Virus record (IMG/VR): IMGVR_UViG_3300032236_000245
Span: 1 to 62,712 of that record
Length of the DNA stretch: 62,712 nucleotides
Direction: 5' to 3' (one strand)
Source of the DNA: a virus
Lineage: Duplodnaviria; Caudoviricetes
How positions within the stretch are numbered: position 1 is the first letter of the stretch; each line of letters opens with the position of its first letter. This document shows positions 33,239-42,617 of this stretch, piece after piece. Under the pieces are notes generated by a model. The model was not told the DNA's origin, did no database searches, and worked only from the letters and a program-made list of their open reading frames with translations. The translations under genes and the position numbers were made by a program.

Positions 33239-35074
33239 ATGAGCATCATCACCATTGACTTTGAAACGTACTACGACAAGGAGTATTCCCTGTCGAAGAT
33301 GACCACGGAGGAGTACATCAACGACCCACGCTTTGAAGTGATCGGCGTGGGTGTGAAGGTGGAGGATCAGGAGTCCGTTTGGTACACCGGCAAAGAAGTT
33401 GCGTATGTATTAAAGAATCTGAACTGGGCTGACCATGCCGTCCTATGCCACAACACATTGTTCGATGGCGCGATCCTATCGTGGAAGTACGGCGTCAAGC
33501 CGGGGATGTGGTTCGATACGTTGTCCATGGCACGTGCATTGCACGGGACAGAGGTGAGCGGTTCACTGAAGGCGTTAGCTCAACGCTACAACATAGGAGA
33601 AAAAGGTGATGAAGTTATTAACGCTCTTGGTAAAAGGCGCGTGGATTTCGATGAAGTTTCTCTTGAGCGGTATGGCGTGTATTGCCGTAACGACGTTGAT
33701 CTCACTTACCGATTGTTCCAGTACCTTTCACAAGGCTTCCCCGACAGTGAATATGAACTCATCGACCTCACACTTAGAATGTACACCGAACCGACACTTG
33801 AAGTTGACTCGCTGCTACTTACAGACAAACTAGAAGAGATACGTGCAGCCAAGACCGCGATGCTAAGCAAACTGACTGAGGTCACTGGTGTCGCGGATGA
33901 TGAAGCGGTGCGAAAAATACTCGCGAGCAATCCCAAATTCGCGAAGTTGCTAACCGAACTCGGGGTCAAAGTCCCGATGAAAACAAGCCCAACGACAGGC
34001 AAGGACACGTATGCACTGGCGAAAAACGATGAGGGATTTATACAACTCTTGGACCACCCAGAACCGTTGGTCCAAGAACTCTGTCGAGTCCGACTTGGTA
34101 CTAAGTCAACGATTGAAGAATCTCGCATCGAACGTTTTATCGGAATTGCTAGCCGTAATAATGGTGCTATTCCTGTCCCTCTGCGCTATTACGGTGCTCA
34201 TACCGGCAGGTGGAGCGGTCTTGATAGTGTCAATTTTCAGAATCTACCAAGCCGTGACAAGGCAAAGAAAACCCTAAAGAACGCGATCCTCGCACCGCCC
34301 GATCACGTGGTGATCAACTCGGACAGCAGCCAGATTGAGGCGCGTGTATTGGCGTGGCTGTCGGGGCAAAAGGATCTCGTAGCACAATTTTATAGGGGCG
34401 AGGACGTGTATAGCTTGTTTGCCAGCAAGGTGTACAACCGTCCCATAAGCAAAAAAGATCCAATAGAACGGTTCGTTGGTAAGACCTGTATCTTGGGGTT
34501 GGGCTACGGTACAGGCGCGGCCAAGTTACAGGCGACGCTGAAGCTAGGAGGAGCCGATCTGACGGTTGAGAAGTGCAAGGAGATCGTTGACCTGTATCGC
34601 TCGTCAAATGCCCGGATACCGACGCTGTGGCGGCAGTGCGATGACGCATTGCAGAGCATGATGCAGGGCGGCGGCGGAGCGTTGGGGATTCGAGATGTGA
34701 TCCAGTTCTCAAAAGAGGGTATACGTCTCCCAAATGATTTGTATATCCGATACGAGAATTTAAGACTAGACGAAGGCGGCAGACCCCTGTATGACTCACG
34801 TAAAGGGCCGGTCAATATATGGGGCGGGGCGATGGTCGAGAACATCGTACAGGCCCTAGCCCGGATCGTGATCGGGGACCAGATGCGTTGGATAAGCAAG
34901 TACTATCGTCCGGTGATGACGGTACACGACGCGCTAGTCTACGTTGTGCCTCGTGCAGAATTAGAACAGGCGATGGAATTTATAACGCTGTGTATGTCCA
35001 CACCACCCGCATGGGCTGAGGGACTGCCGGTAGCATGTGAGGCGAAGCATGGGAGGACTTATGGGGATTGTTGA
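33239..35074 (+). CDS. polA: Family A DNA polymerase with 3'-5' exonuclease
   Basis: IDFET (ExoI), HN..FD (ExoII), DSSQIEAR (motif A), R..GKTCILGLGYG (motif B), VHD (motif C); start moved to MSIITID. Confidence 0.95.
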   Translation: MSIITIDFETYYDKEYSLSKMTTEEYINDPRFEVIGVGVKVEDQESVWYTGKEVAYVLKNLNWADHAVLCHNTLFDGAILSWKYGVKPGMWFDTLSMARALHGTEVSGSLKALAQRYNIGEKGDEVINALGKRRVDFDEVSLERYGVYCRNDVDLTYRLFQYLSQGFPDSEYELIDLTLRMYTEPTLEVDSLLLTDKLEEIRAAKTAMLSKLTEVTGVADDEAVRKILASNPKFAKLLTELGVKVPMKTSPTTGKDTYALAKNDEGFIQLLDHPEPLVQELCRVRLGTKSTIEESRIERFIGIASRNNGAIPVPLRYYGAHTGRWSGLDSVNFQNLPSRDKAKKTLKNAILAPPDHVVINSDSSQIEARVLAWLSGQKDLVAQFYRGEDVYSLFASKVYNRPISKKDPIERFVGKTCILGLGYGTGAAKLQATLKLGGADLTVEKCKEIVDLYRSSNARIPTLWRQCDDALQSMMQGGGGALGIRDVIQFSKEGIRLPNDLYIRYENLRLDEGGRPLYDSRKGPVNIWGGAMVENIVQALARIVIGDQMRWISKYYRPVMTVHDALVYVVPRAELEQAMEFITLCMSTPPAWAEGLPVACEAKHGRTYGDC

Positions 35075-35222
35075 CGGGGAGCAGCAGCGAGCGTTTGAGT
35101 TGGCTCAAACCATGGACGATGTATTACGAGTACAGTCCGATCTGATCAAGGCTCAACAGAAGATGATTGAGCATTTGCAACATGAGTTGCAGATCTATCG
35201 AGACATGGTGGAAATCTCGTGA
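35061..35222 (+). CDS. Small coiled-coil protein
   Basis: Start MGIVDGE with GGAGG RBS. Confidence 0.55.
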   Translation: MGIVDGEQQRAFELAQTMDDVLRVQSDLIKAQQKMIEHLQHELQIYRDMVEIS

Positions 35223-35467
35223 CCGCCCCGCGCCTACCGCAACCACCTTGGTTGGAGGATCTTTTGGCAGAGTTAAGGAGAATTCCTGATTCTGTCAGAC
35301 TTGCTCAAACGGTAGGCATGGAACGACAGAAACTGTATCAGATGCGCGAAACACGCAACGCAGCACTAGAACAGTTAAGACAGGCACAGGCGCAGATCAC
35401 GGTCCTTGAAGACAAGATCCGCGAGTTAGAACAGATCATCATCACGCGGTTGCAAGGAAATAAATGA
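35219..35467 (+). CDS. Coiled-coil hypothetical protein
   Basis: 82 aa, overlap-coupled on both sides. Confidence 0.6.
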   Translation: MTAPRLPQPPWLEDLLAELRRIPDSVRLAQTVGMERQKLYQMRETRNAALEQLRQAQAQITVLEDKIRELEQIIITRLQGNK

Positions 35468-36114
35468 TTAAGTGGTCATTCAGTAGTCTCAAGCAGTACG
35501 TGAAATGCCCACGGCAGTATCACGAGATAAAGGTATTGCAGAACTATCAGGTCAAGGTGACCGAGCAGATGCAGTACGGCACGGAAGTGCATAAGGCGCT
35601 CGAAGAGTACACACGCGACGGTAAAGAGTTACCTTCTAACTATCGCAAGTTCAAGACGATGGTTGATGCGTTACTTGCCATCGGCGGTGATAAGTACATC
35701 GAACACAAGATGGCTTTGCGTGAAGATCACTCACCTTGCGACTTCGATGCGTCTGACTATTGGGTACGTGGTATCGCAGACCTTTTAATAGTTGACAAAG
35801 ACATTGCGTTTATCGTTGACTACAAGACCGGCAGCAACAAGTATCCGGACACGGATCAGTTGAAGCTAATGGCATTGATGGTGTTCAAACATTTTCCTGA
35901 CGTTGTCAGGGTTAAAGCCGGTCTTATGTTTGTTGCACACAATAGTTTTCTTTCTGAAGAGTACGTGCGAGATCGTGAGCGTACGTACTGGGGGGCCTTT
36001 ACTGCACCGCTGATGCGGCTGAAGATTTCATTCGACACGGCTAATTGGCCTCCGAATCCTTCACCGTTATGTAAGTGGTGTTCCGTTGACTCTTGTAACT
36101 TCCGAAGAGAATAG
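35464..36114 (+). CDS. PD-(D/E)XK Cas4/AddB-like exonuclease
   Basis: WSFSSL..CPR, GTEVH, RGIAD, VDYKTG, QL, C-terminal CKWC..C. Confidence 0.88.
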   Translation: MIKWSFSSLKQYVKCPRQYHEIKVLQNYQVKVTEQMQYGTEVHKALEEYTRDGKELPSNYRKFKTMVDALLAIGGDKYIEHKMALREDHSPCDFDASDYWVRGIADLLIVDKDIAFIVDYKTGSNKYPDTDQLKLMALMVFKHFPDVVRVKAGLMFVAHNSFLSEEYVRDRERTYWGAFTAPLMRLKISFDTANWPPNPSPLCKWCSVDSCNFRRE

Positions 36115-36116
36115 CC

Positions 36117-36371
36117 ATGCCTTACGTAAACAAGAAACGTCCGTACAAAAAAGAATATGAACAACAAGTCGCCCGAGGCGAACATGAAAACCGAATGGAA
36201 CGGCAACGAGCTAGACGCAAGTTGGATTCAAAAGGCGTTAATCGAAAAGGTAAAGACGTTGCCCACGTCAAAGCCCTATCCAAAGGTGGATCCAATGCAG
36301 ATGGAATTAGACTTGAATCACCCCACAAGAACCGATCATTCAAACGCAACAAAGATTCATCCATGAAGTGA
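36117..36371 (+). CDS. HNH-like small nuclease
   Basis: KDVAHVKALSKGGSN...NRS. Confidence 0.7.
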   Translation: MPYVNKKRPYKKEYEQQVARGEHENRMERQRARRKLDSKGVNRKGKDVAHVKALSKGGSNADGIRLESPHKNRSFKRNKDSSMK

Positions 36372-36375
36372 GAGT

Positions 36376-37953
36376 ATGCAAGTAATAAACGACAGTGCAA
36401 TCCAGTTAAAACTTCCAGTCGAAATTCAAACAGCCATCACAGATAGAGTACACAAGTCACGCATATTCAAAGATGAAGTGGTGTTCTATTGGGGACCGGA
36501 GGAAGTCAGGATAGTCAACGCTATCCTTGATGAGTACCGTCCCCGACTCACCTTGCCTGAGATCCCGTCACCCATCGTGCGGGATTACAAATGGCCGGGG
36601 GTCTATCAGCCGTTCGATCATCAACGTGAAACCGCATCGTTCTTGAGCGGTCGCCAACGTGCGTTCTGCTTTAACGAAGCAGGAACAGGCAAGACGTCTG
36701 CCGCCATATGGGCTGCTGACTATCTCATGTCACATGGCTATGTGAAGCGCGCCTTGATCGTGTGTCCTCTGTCTATCATGTACTCCGCATGGCAAGCGGA
36801 TGTATTTAAGACGGCGATGCACCGGACATGCGGCGTGGCTCATGGCACGGCAGCGAAGCGTGAGAAGATCATCAAGGAGAAGTTTGATTTCGTCGTGACG
36901 AACTACGAAGGCGTTGGCGTGGCGTTCGATGCCATCCAGAAGGCGCAGTTCGACCTGATCATCATCGACGAAGCCAACGCCTATAAGACCGTCTCTACGA
37001 AGCGTTGGAAGACGCTTGCCAAGTTGATCACCCCGCAGACATGGCTATGGATGATGACCGGCACACCGGCCTCTCAGTCGCCTGAGGACGCTTTCGGACT
37101 TGCTCGGTTGATCGCCCCACAGCGTGTGCCGAAGTTCATGACGGCATGGCGCGATAAGGTCATGCTGCAACTGACGCGGTTCAAGTGGGTCCCAAAGCTA
37201 ACTGCTAAGACTGATGTGTACAACGCGCTACAACCTGCTATCAGATTTACCAAGTCTGAGTGTCTGGATCTCCCAGACCTTGTATACCAGACGCGCGACG
37301 TTCCATTGAGTACCCAAGCCGCTAAGTTCTATAAGCAGTTGAAGACGCAAATGCTCATCGAAGTTGGTGATACACAAGTCACCGCTGTGAATGCGGCTGC
37401 AAGCATGAATAAGCTTTTACAAGTCAGCGGCGGTGCGGTTTATGCAGATGGTAGACAGGTCGTTGAGTTCGACATCAACCCACGCCTAAATGCGTTGAAA
37501 GAGGTACTTGACGAAACCCTCCACAAGGTTATTATCTTTGTCCCCTATCGCCATACGATCCAAGTAGTCGAGCGATGGTTGAAGGAGGAGGGACATTCAG
37601 TAGAAGTGATTGACGGTGATGTATCTGCGGGTGCGCGGAACCGTATTATTCAGGCGTTTCAGACGCACGATGATCCGAAGATCCTAGTCATCCAACCGCA
37701 AGCAGCATCACACGGTGTCACTCTTACAGCAGCCGATACGATTGTTTTCTGGTCACCGGTTATGTCAGTTGAGACATACATGCAATGCGTAGCCCGTATT
37801 GATCGCGTGGGTCAGAAGAACAAGATGACGGTTGTACATCTTCAAGGCTCGGATGCTGAGCGGCGCGTGTACACGATGCTGCGAGGCAAGTTAGGTAGTC
37901 ACTTACAGTTAGTCGATTTATATAAGTCAGTCATGGAGTCCGACGAAGTATGA
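36376..37953 (+). CDS. SNF2-like SF2 helicase
   Basis: GTGKT, IIDEAN, MTGTP, HGVTLT, ARIDRVGQ. Confidence 0.92.
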   Translation: MQVINDSAIQLKLPVEIQTAITDRVHKSRIFKDEVVFYWGPEEVRIVNAILDEYRPRLTLPEIPSPIVRDYKWPGVYQPFDHQRETASFLSGRQRAFCFNEAGTGKTSAAIWAADYLMSHGYVKRALIVCPLSIMYSAWQADVFKTAMHRTCGVAHGTAAKREKIIKEKFDFVVTNYEGVGVAFDAIQKAQFDLIIIDEANAYKTVSTKRWKTLAKLITPQTWLWMMTGTPASQSPEDAFGLARLIAPQRVPKFMTAWRDKVMLQLTRFKWVPKLTAKTDVYNALQPAIRFTKSECLDLPDLVYQTRDVPLSTQAAKFYKQLKTQMLIEVGDTQVTAVNAAASMNKLLQVSGGAVYADGRQVVEFDINPRLNALKEVLDETLHKVIIFVPYRHTIQVVERWLKEEGHSVEVIDGDVSAGARNRIIQAFQTHDDPKILVIQPQAASHGVTLTAADTIVFWSPVMSVETYMQCVARIDRVGQKNKMTVVHLQGSDAERRVYTMLRGKLGSHLQLVDLYKSVMESDEV

Positions 37954-38351
37954 GCGAGTCAAACATACCGCAGATGGTCGCGGCGTATCTGAATCTCAGA
38001 GCAGCGCGTGATCAGTTAGCGATGGAATACGAAGCCAAAGATTCAGCGTTGAAGAAGGACATGACAGAACTGGAGCAGTTGATGCTCTCGCTCTGTAATG
38101 AACTCGGTGTGAATAGTTTGAATACCCCATTGGGTAATGTGTCGCGTAGCCTCAAGGAACGTTACACGTGTACAGACTGGGGGAACTTCTATCAGTTCGT
38201 GCGTGAGAATGACGCGCCTGAGTTGTTAGAGAAGCGGATTCATCAGGGCAACATGAAGACGTTGCTTGAGGGTTCGCAGGATGCAGGACTACCTCCCGGC
38301 GTGAGTGTCATGCGGGAGTATGGTGTGACCGTTAGAAAGCCAACAAAGTAA
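37950..38351 (+). CDS. Conserved replication-module protein
   Basis: 133 aa, DWGNFYQFV..LLEKRIHQ..PPGV. Confidence 0.78.
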   Translation: MSESNIPQMVAAYLNLRAARDQLAMEYEAKDSALKKDMTELEQLMLSLCNELGVNSLNTPLGNVSRSLKERYTCTDWGNFYQFVRENDAPELLEKRIHQGNMKTLLEGSQDAGLPPGVSVMREYGVTVRKPTK

Positions 38352-38363
38352 TTGGAGAACGCA

Positions 38364-39239
38364 GTGAGTTACGATCTTATTCAGTCAATCAAGTCGAGCC
38401 TTGCCACCATCGAAGGTGGCGTGGATGCGGATACACGTGCAGTAGCCGGTAACGGTGGCAGCAAGCGCATCTCTATCAAGGGCGGTGTGTTCCGTAAGAT
38501 GGCGGGTGGCAAAGAAGTTGCCGCTATCGAAGACCGCCACATGAACGTGATCTTTGTGAAGATGGCGCACAACCCATCTCGCATGTTCTATTCCTCAGGG
38601 TGGAAGGAAGGCGAGAAGATCGCCCCGACGTGTTGGTCCACGGACAGCAAGTCGCCCGATGCAGAGGTCAAGAATCCGATTGCGTCGGCGTGTGAGAAGT
38701 GTCCGATGGCCGTCAAGGGTTCGGGTACGGATGGTCGCGGCACGGCTTGCCGTCTGTCGTGGCGTACGGCTGTGGTGTTGCCACACGATCCGTCGGGCGA
38801 TGTGATGCAGTTGGTTCTCCCCGCTGCGTCGGTGTTCGGTAAGGAAGAGGGCGGCAAGTGGCCGTTCCGTTCCTATGTGCAGATGCTAGCCAATAACAAC
38901 ATCTCGGCTGGTCGTGTCGTAACGAAGATGCAGTTCGATACGAAGTCTTCTAGCCCGAAGTTGTTTTTCTCGGCAGTCGAGGCTGTTGGTCGGGATATCG
39001 TTGAGATCATCCAAGAGCAGTCGAAGACCTCCGCTGCCGAAGCTGCTATCAAGTTGACGGTGTTTCAGCAGGATGAAGGTGACAGCGAAGGCGATGTTGA
39101 AGTCGCTCAGGCAGCGCCGCCGTACGGTGGCGAAGGCTCACCGGATTTCGTTGGTCCACCTAAGCCTGTTGTTCGGGAGAACAAGAAGCAGGAGAAGGGC
39201 GATCTTCCCGATGTTGTTGCGCGTTGGTCTAAGAAGTAA
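38364..39239 (+). CDS. Putative ssDNA-binding/recombination protein
   Basis: RISIKGGVF, PTCWSTD, CEKCP, GSG..ACR; GTG start after GGAG. Confidence 0.65.
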   Translation: MSYDLIQSIKSSLATIEGGVDADTRAVAGNGGSKRISIKGGVFRKMAGGKEVAAIEDRHMNVIFVKMAHNPSRMFYSSGWKEGEKIAPTCWSTDSKSPDAEVKNPIASACEKCPMAVKGSGTDGRGTACRLSWRTAVVLPHDPSGDVMQLVLPAASVFGKEEGGKWPFRSYVQMLANNNISAGRVVTKMQFDTKSSSPKLFFSAVEAVGRDIVEIIQEQSKTSAAEAAIKLTVFQQDEGDSEGDVEVAQAAPPYGGEGSPDFVGPPKPVVRENKKQEKGDLPDVVARWSKK

Positions 39240-39248
39240 GGACTGACC

Positions 39249-39560
39249 ATGCGCCCGTACGACAAGCGTCTACTTGAGGTCATTCGGACTATTGAGAACC
39301 CGACCCTTGGGCAGACGCTTGCTCGTGCGTGTTTGAGCGCGAATATCCCGGTCACTCATGTGGCTCACGCGTTAGAAGTTACACGTATGACGATTCATAC
39401 GTGGTATCGCGGCGGCGAGATACGCGGCAATAACAAGAAGATGATTAACCTGTTCATGGACTATGTGTCGCGTGATACGAGTTCAGGCAGGTTACCCGCT
39501 AAAGATCTAGAAGACGCTACCAAATACATCGAAGAACTAACGGGCGTACGTATGAAGTGA
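39249..39560 (+). CDS. HTH domain protein
   Basis: VTHVAHALEVTRMTIHTWYRG. Confidence 0.75.
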   Translation: MRPYDKRLLEVIRTIENPTLGQTLARACLSANIPVTHVAHALEVTRMTIHTWYRGGEIRGNNKKMINLFMDYVSRDTSSGRLPAKDLEDATKYIEELTGVRMK

Positions 39561-39606
39561 TTGGTTCGGTTTCACGGGCAGACGAAGCCCTCATCCCCTG
39601 TACGAT

Positions 39607-42408
39607 ATGAGAAAACAATTTTATAGAAAAGCATTGTCATCACAGGGTGTGTACTGCGCGGTTGGGATCAAGGACGGACACCCTGATCAACAATACGCAG
39701 ACACACTAGATCAACTGGATACCCTGATCCAAGCCTTCATCAGTCAGGGAGCAAATGTCTATGTAGCGATGAGTTCATTCAAAGGTCACAGCCGCAAGGC
39801 TGCGGACGCAATGTACTGTCGTTCACTATTTATTGATCTTGACGTAGGCGAAGACTTACGGAAGTACCAATCCAAAGACGAAGCTAAGTTGGCGCTGAAT
39901 GACTTTCTTACGTCATCAGAACTGCCGCCGCCTATCGTAGTGGATTCAGGCACTGGTCTCCACGCGTACTGGTGCTTCAACGAAGACGTGCCGTCAAACG
40001 AGTGGCGCGTCTATGCTACAAAGTTTAAGGCTTACTGTATCTCGCAGGGATTACGGATTGATCCCGTAGTTACCGCTGACGCTGCGCGTATCCTGCGCTG
40101 CCCATACACGTTCAACTTCAAAACCACGCCGCCCTCACCGACTGTCATTGAGACACCGGATGACGAGTGGTACACCTACGATTTCGACGCATTCAAGGAG
40201 TTCCTCGGTGCTGACATTGATACGCCTGATCAGACGGCGATATTTGCCAAAGTCGAAAAAGGTCTGGACGACGATACGAAAGCACTGCTGAAGCTAAACA
40301 ATATAGAAACGTCGTTCGCATTGATCGCACGACGCAGCCTAGAAGGTAAGGGCTGCAACCAAATCAAATATGTTCTTGAACATGCCGCCGCGCTTCCTGA
40401 GCCTGTGTGGCATTCCGGATTGTCGATTGCACGAGCATGCGTGGATGGTGACGAGGCCATTCATCTTATGTCTCAAGACGATCCGCGCTATGACGCTGAC
40501 CTAACCATAAAGAAAGCAAACGAGACGGTAGGTAAACCCCATGGATGCGAAATATTTGAAACCCGAAATCCCGGTGGGTGTAACGGATGTCCTTACAAGG
40601 GAAAGATCACAAACCCATTGTATTTCGGACGGCAGTTACGAGAGGCGGACGCCGAGGAGGACTCAGTTCGGCTCATCGAGGATTCCGAAGCTATTCACGC
40701 AGTACTTAAATTCCCCGACTTCATGTACCCATATCAACGAGGTGCAGATGGAGGAGTCTACTGTGTGCAGTCCGATGACAAGGACACCGAAGGTCCGTTA
40801 CTGATCTGGCAGTACGATATCTATCCAGTCAAGCGGATGTACGGGCATACGGAAGGCGAGTGCTTACTGATGCGGCACATCATGCCGCACGACGACGTGC
40901 GTGAGTTCTTACTGCCCATGTCATCGGTGTATTCACCCGAAGAAATCAAAAAGCGGTTCTCTACACATGGGGTCTTTTTTAAGCCTAAGTTAGCGCCGTT
41001 GGTCACGGACTACATTATCAAGTGGGCAACATATATGGTCGGCAAGAAGATGGCTGAGCAGATGGCGAAGCAGATGGGTTGGACCCAAGACAACAAGGGC
41101 TTCATCATCGGTGAGACCGAGTACCGTCACGATGGCAAGCAGTCCCCGGCGGCGTTGTCTTACTTCCTACGCGACATCAAGGCACTCCTGACCACGTCAG
41201 GAACCTATGAGGAGTGGCAGCGCGGGGCCAAGATGTTGAACATGGAAGGCATGGAGATGCACGCGTTCGGCATGATGATGGGGTTCGGTTCACCCCTTAT
41301 GCGTTTCACAACCGTTGCCGGGATTACCGTCTGCTACACAGGCGAGTCCGGTGCGGCCAAGACAGGCGCACTCAGGGCGGCTTGCAGCATCATGGGCAGT
41401 CCGAATGGTTTGGAGTTGAGCGGCGACAAGGACAGCACGGCGACGGACAATGCGTTCGGTCAATGGATGCTCAGCCTCAAGAACATCATGATGGCGTTGG
41501 ATGAAGCGTCCAACCGTGATGCAAAGAACGTGTCAGACCTGATTTATAGGGTCAGCGCCGGAAAGGGCAAACTCCGCATGGTGGCGTCCGTAGATTCTAT
41601 CCGCGAGATCCCACGGCAGTCATGCCTGATCAACTTCATGACCTCTAACCAACCCATGACGGGCAAGTTGGGATCGCTGAAGGACAACCCGGACGGCGAG
41701 TTGGCACGTCTCATTGAGTTCTACATTTACAAGCCAAAGCTGTTCAACCTTCGCCCCGGCATCGCCAAGGAGATATTTGAGACGCTGCGCTTGAATTACG
41801 GATGGGCGGGGCCGTTGTATGTGCAACATCTATTCAAGGTGGGCGACAAATACATTCAGGATCTGGTCACTAAGTGGGGCATCCGATTTAGCAAGGACTA
41901 TGGCACAGACAGTGCCTATAGGTTCTATGAAGCTCTCGTCAGTGTTTGCTTCGCAGGGGCTGAACTCGCCGCTGAAGCCGGTATCGTAGCCTTTGATTTA
42001 GAACGAATTTATTCAACCGTTATAGAAACGCTAATCAAGATGCGTGACGGTGACGCGATGACCGTTAACTCGCGTGATTACGAGTCGGTCTTGGGTGAGT
42101 TTCAGAACACGTTCTACGGCAACACGGTCCTCTTCAAGGGCAAGAACATGCTGCGCGACGTGAAGGTTGGCAAGATCGTGGCACGGCTTGAGTTGGATAC
42201 TCAGATGTTCTACGTCCCTCGGGCTGAGATGCGGAAGTACTTTCAGACCCGTCAGATCGACGAGAAGGACTTCGTACGGCACATGGAAGAGCGTGGCATC
42301 CTAGCGTTCAAGGATCGCTACCGGCTGATCAGCAGCACGAACCCCGTGTCCATGTACGGGTTCAAGCGCGAGGTGAGCGAGGACGATTACCTGAGCGAGG
42401 GCGATTGA
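39607..42408 (+). CDS. Primase-helicase (AEP/RepB-like primase plus DUF927 helicase)
   Basis: FIDLD, SGTGLHAYW, ARILR, C..CP zinc motif, MGW, GESGAAKT, LDE. Confidence 0.88.
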   Translation: MRKQFYRKALSSQGVYCAVGIKDGHPDQQYADTLDQLDTLIQAFISQGANVYVAMSSFKGHSRKAADAMYCRSLFIDLDVGEDLRKYQSKDEAKLALNDFLTSSELPPPIVVDSGTGLHAYWCFNEDVPSNEWRVYATKFKAYCISQGLRIDPVVTADAARILRCPYTFNFKTTPPSPTVIETPDDEWYTYDFDAFKEFLGADIDTPDQTAIFAKVEKGLDDDTKALLKLNNIETSFALIARRSLEGKGCNQIKYVLEHAAALPEPVWHSGLSIARACVDGDEAIHLMSQDDPRYDADLTIKKANETVGKPHGCEIFETRNPGGCNGCPYKGKITNPLYFGRQLREADAEEDSVRLIEDSEAIHAVLKFPDFMYPYQRGADGGVYCVQSDDKDTEGPLLIWQYDIYPVKRMYGHTEGECLLMRHIMPHDDVREFLLPMSSVYSPEEIKKRFSTHGVFFKPKLAPLVTDYIIKWATYMVGKKMAEQMAKQMGWTQDNKGFIIGETEYRHDGKQSPAALSYFLRDIKALLTTSGTYEEWQRGAKMLNMEGMEMHAFGMMMGFGSPLMRFTTVAGITVCYTGESGAAKTGALRAACSIMGSPNGLELSGDKDSTATDNAFGQWMLSLKNIMMALDEASNRDAKNVSDLIYRVSAGKGKLRMVASVDSIREIPRQSCLINFMTSNQPMTGKLGSLKDNPDGELARLIEFYIYKPKLFNLRPGIAKEIFETLRLNYGWAGPLYVQHLFKVGDKYIQDLVTKWGIRFSKDYGTDSAYRFYEALVSVCFAGAELAAEAGIVAFDLERIYSTVIETLIKMRDGDAMTVNSRDYESVLGEFQNTFYGNTVLFKGKNMLRDVKVGKIVARLELDTQMFYVPRAEMRKYFQTRQIDEKDFVRHMEERGILAFKDRYRLISSTNPVSMYGFKREVSEDDYLSEGD

Positions 42409-42617
42409 TGGAGATTGACCCGAAACTAGGGGAGCCGGTATGGGCGCTCCCCTTTGACCAACTGCGCGTCGGGATGAGTTTTTTCATTCCGACCAACAAG
42501 CCCAATGCCATGAAGCGCATTGTGGAAGATCGCGCCGCCGAAATCGGTTGCCGTATTAAGGCAACCGTGACCACCAAAGAAAGTTACCTCGGCGTACGCG
42601 TTTGGCGGGTGGCTTAG
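42405..42617 (+). CDS. Small conserved protein
   Basis: LPFDQLRVGMSFFIP..GVRVWRV; its stop overlaps the stop of the convergent gene. Confidence 0.75.
   Translation: MMEIDPKLGEPVWALPFDQLRVGMSFFIPTNKPNAMKRIVEDRAAEIGCRIKATVTTKESYLGVRVWRVA

Noticed and set aside
33239-35074. DpoZ / Z-base genome
   Set aside because: No PurZ, DatZ or MazZ-like gene was recognised
35464-36114. Cas4 as evidence of a CRISPR system
   Set aside because: Stand-alone phage replication-module nuclease; no array or other cas genes
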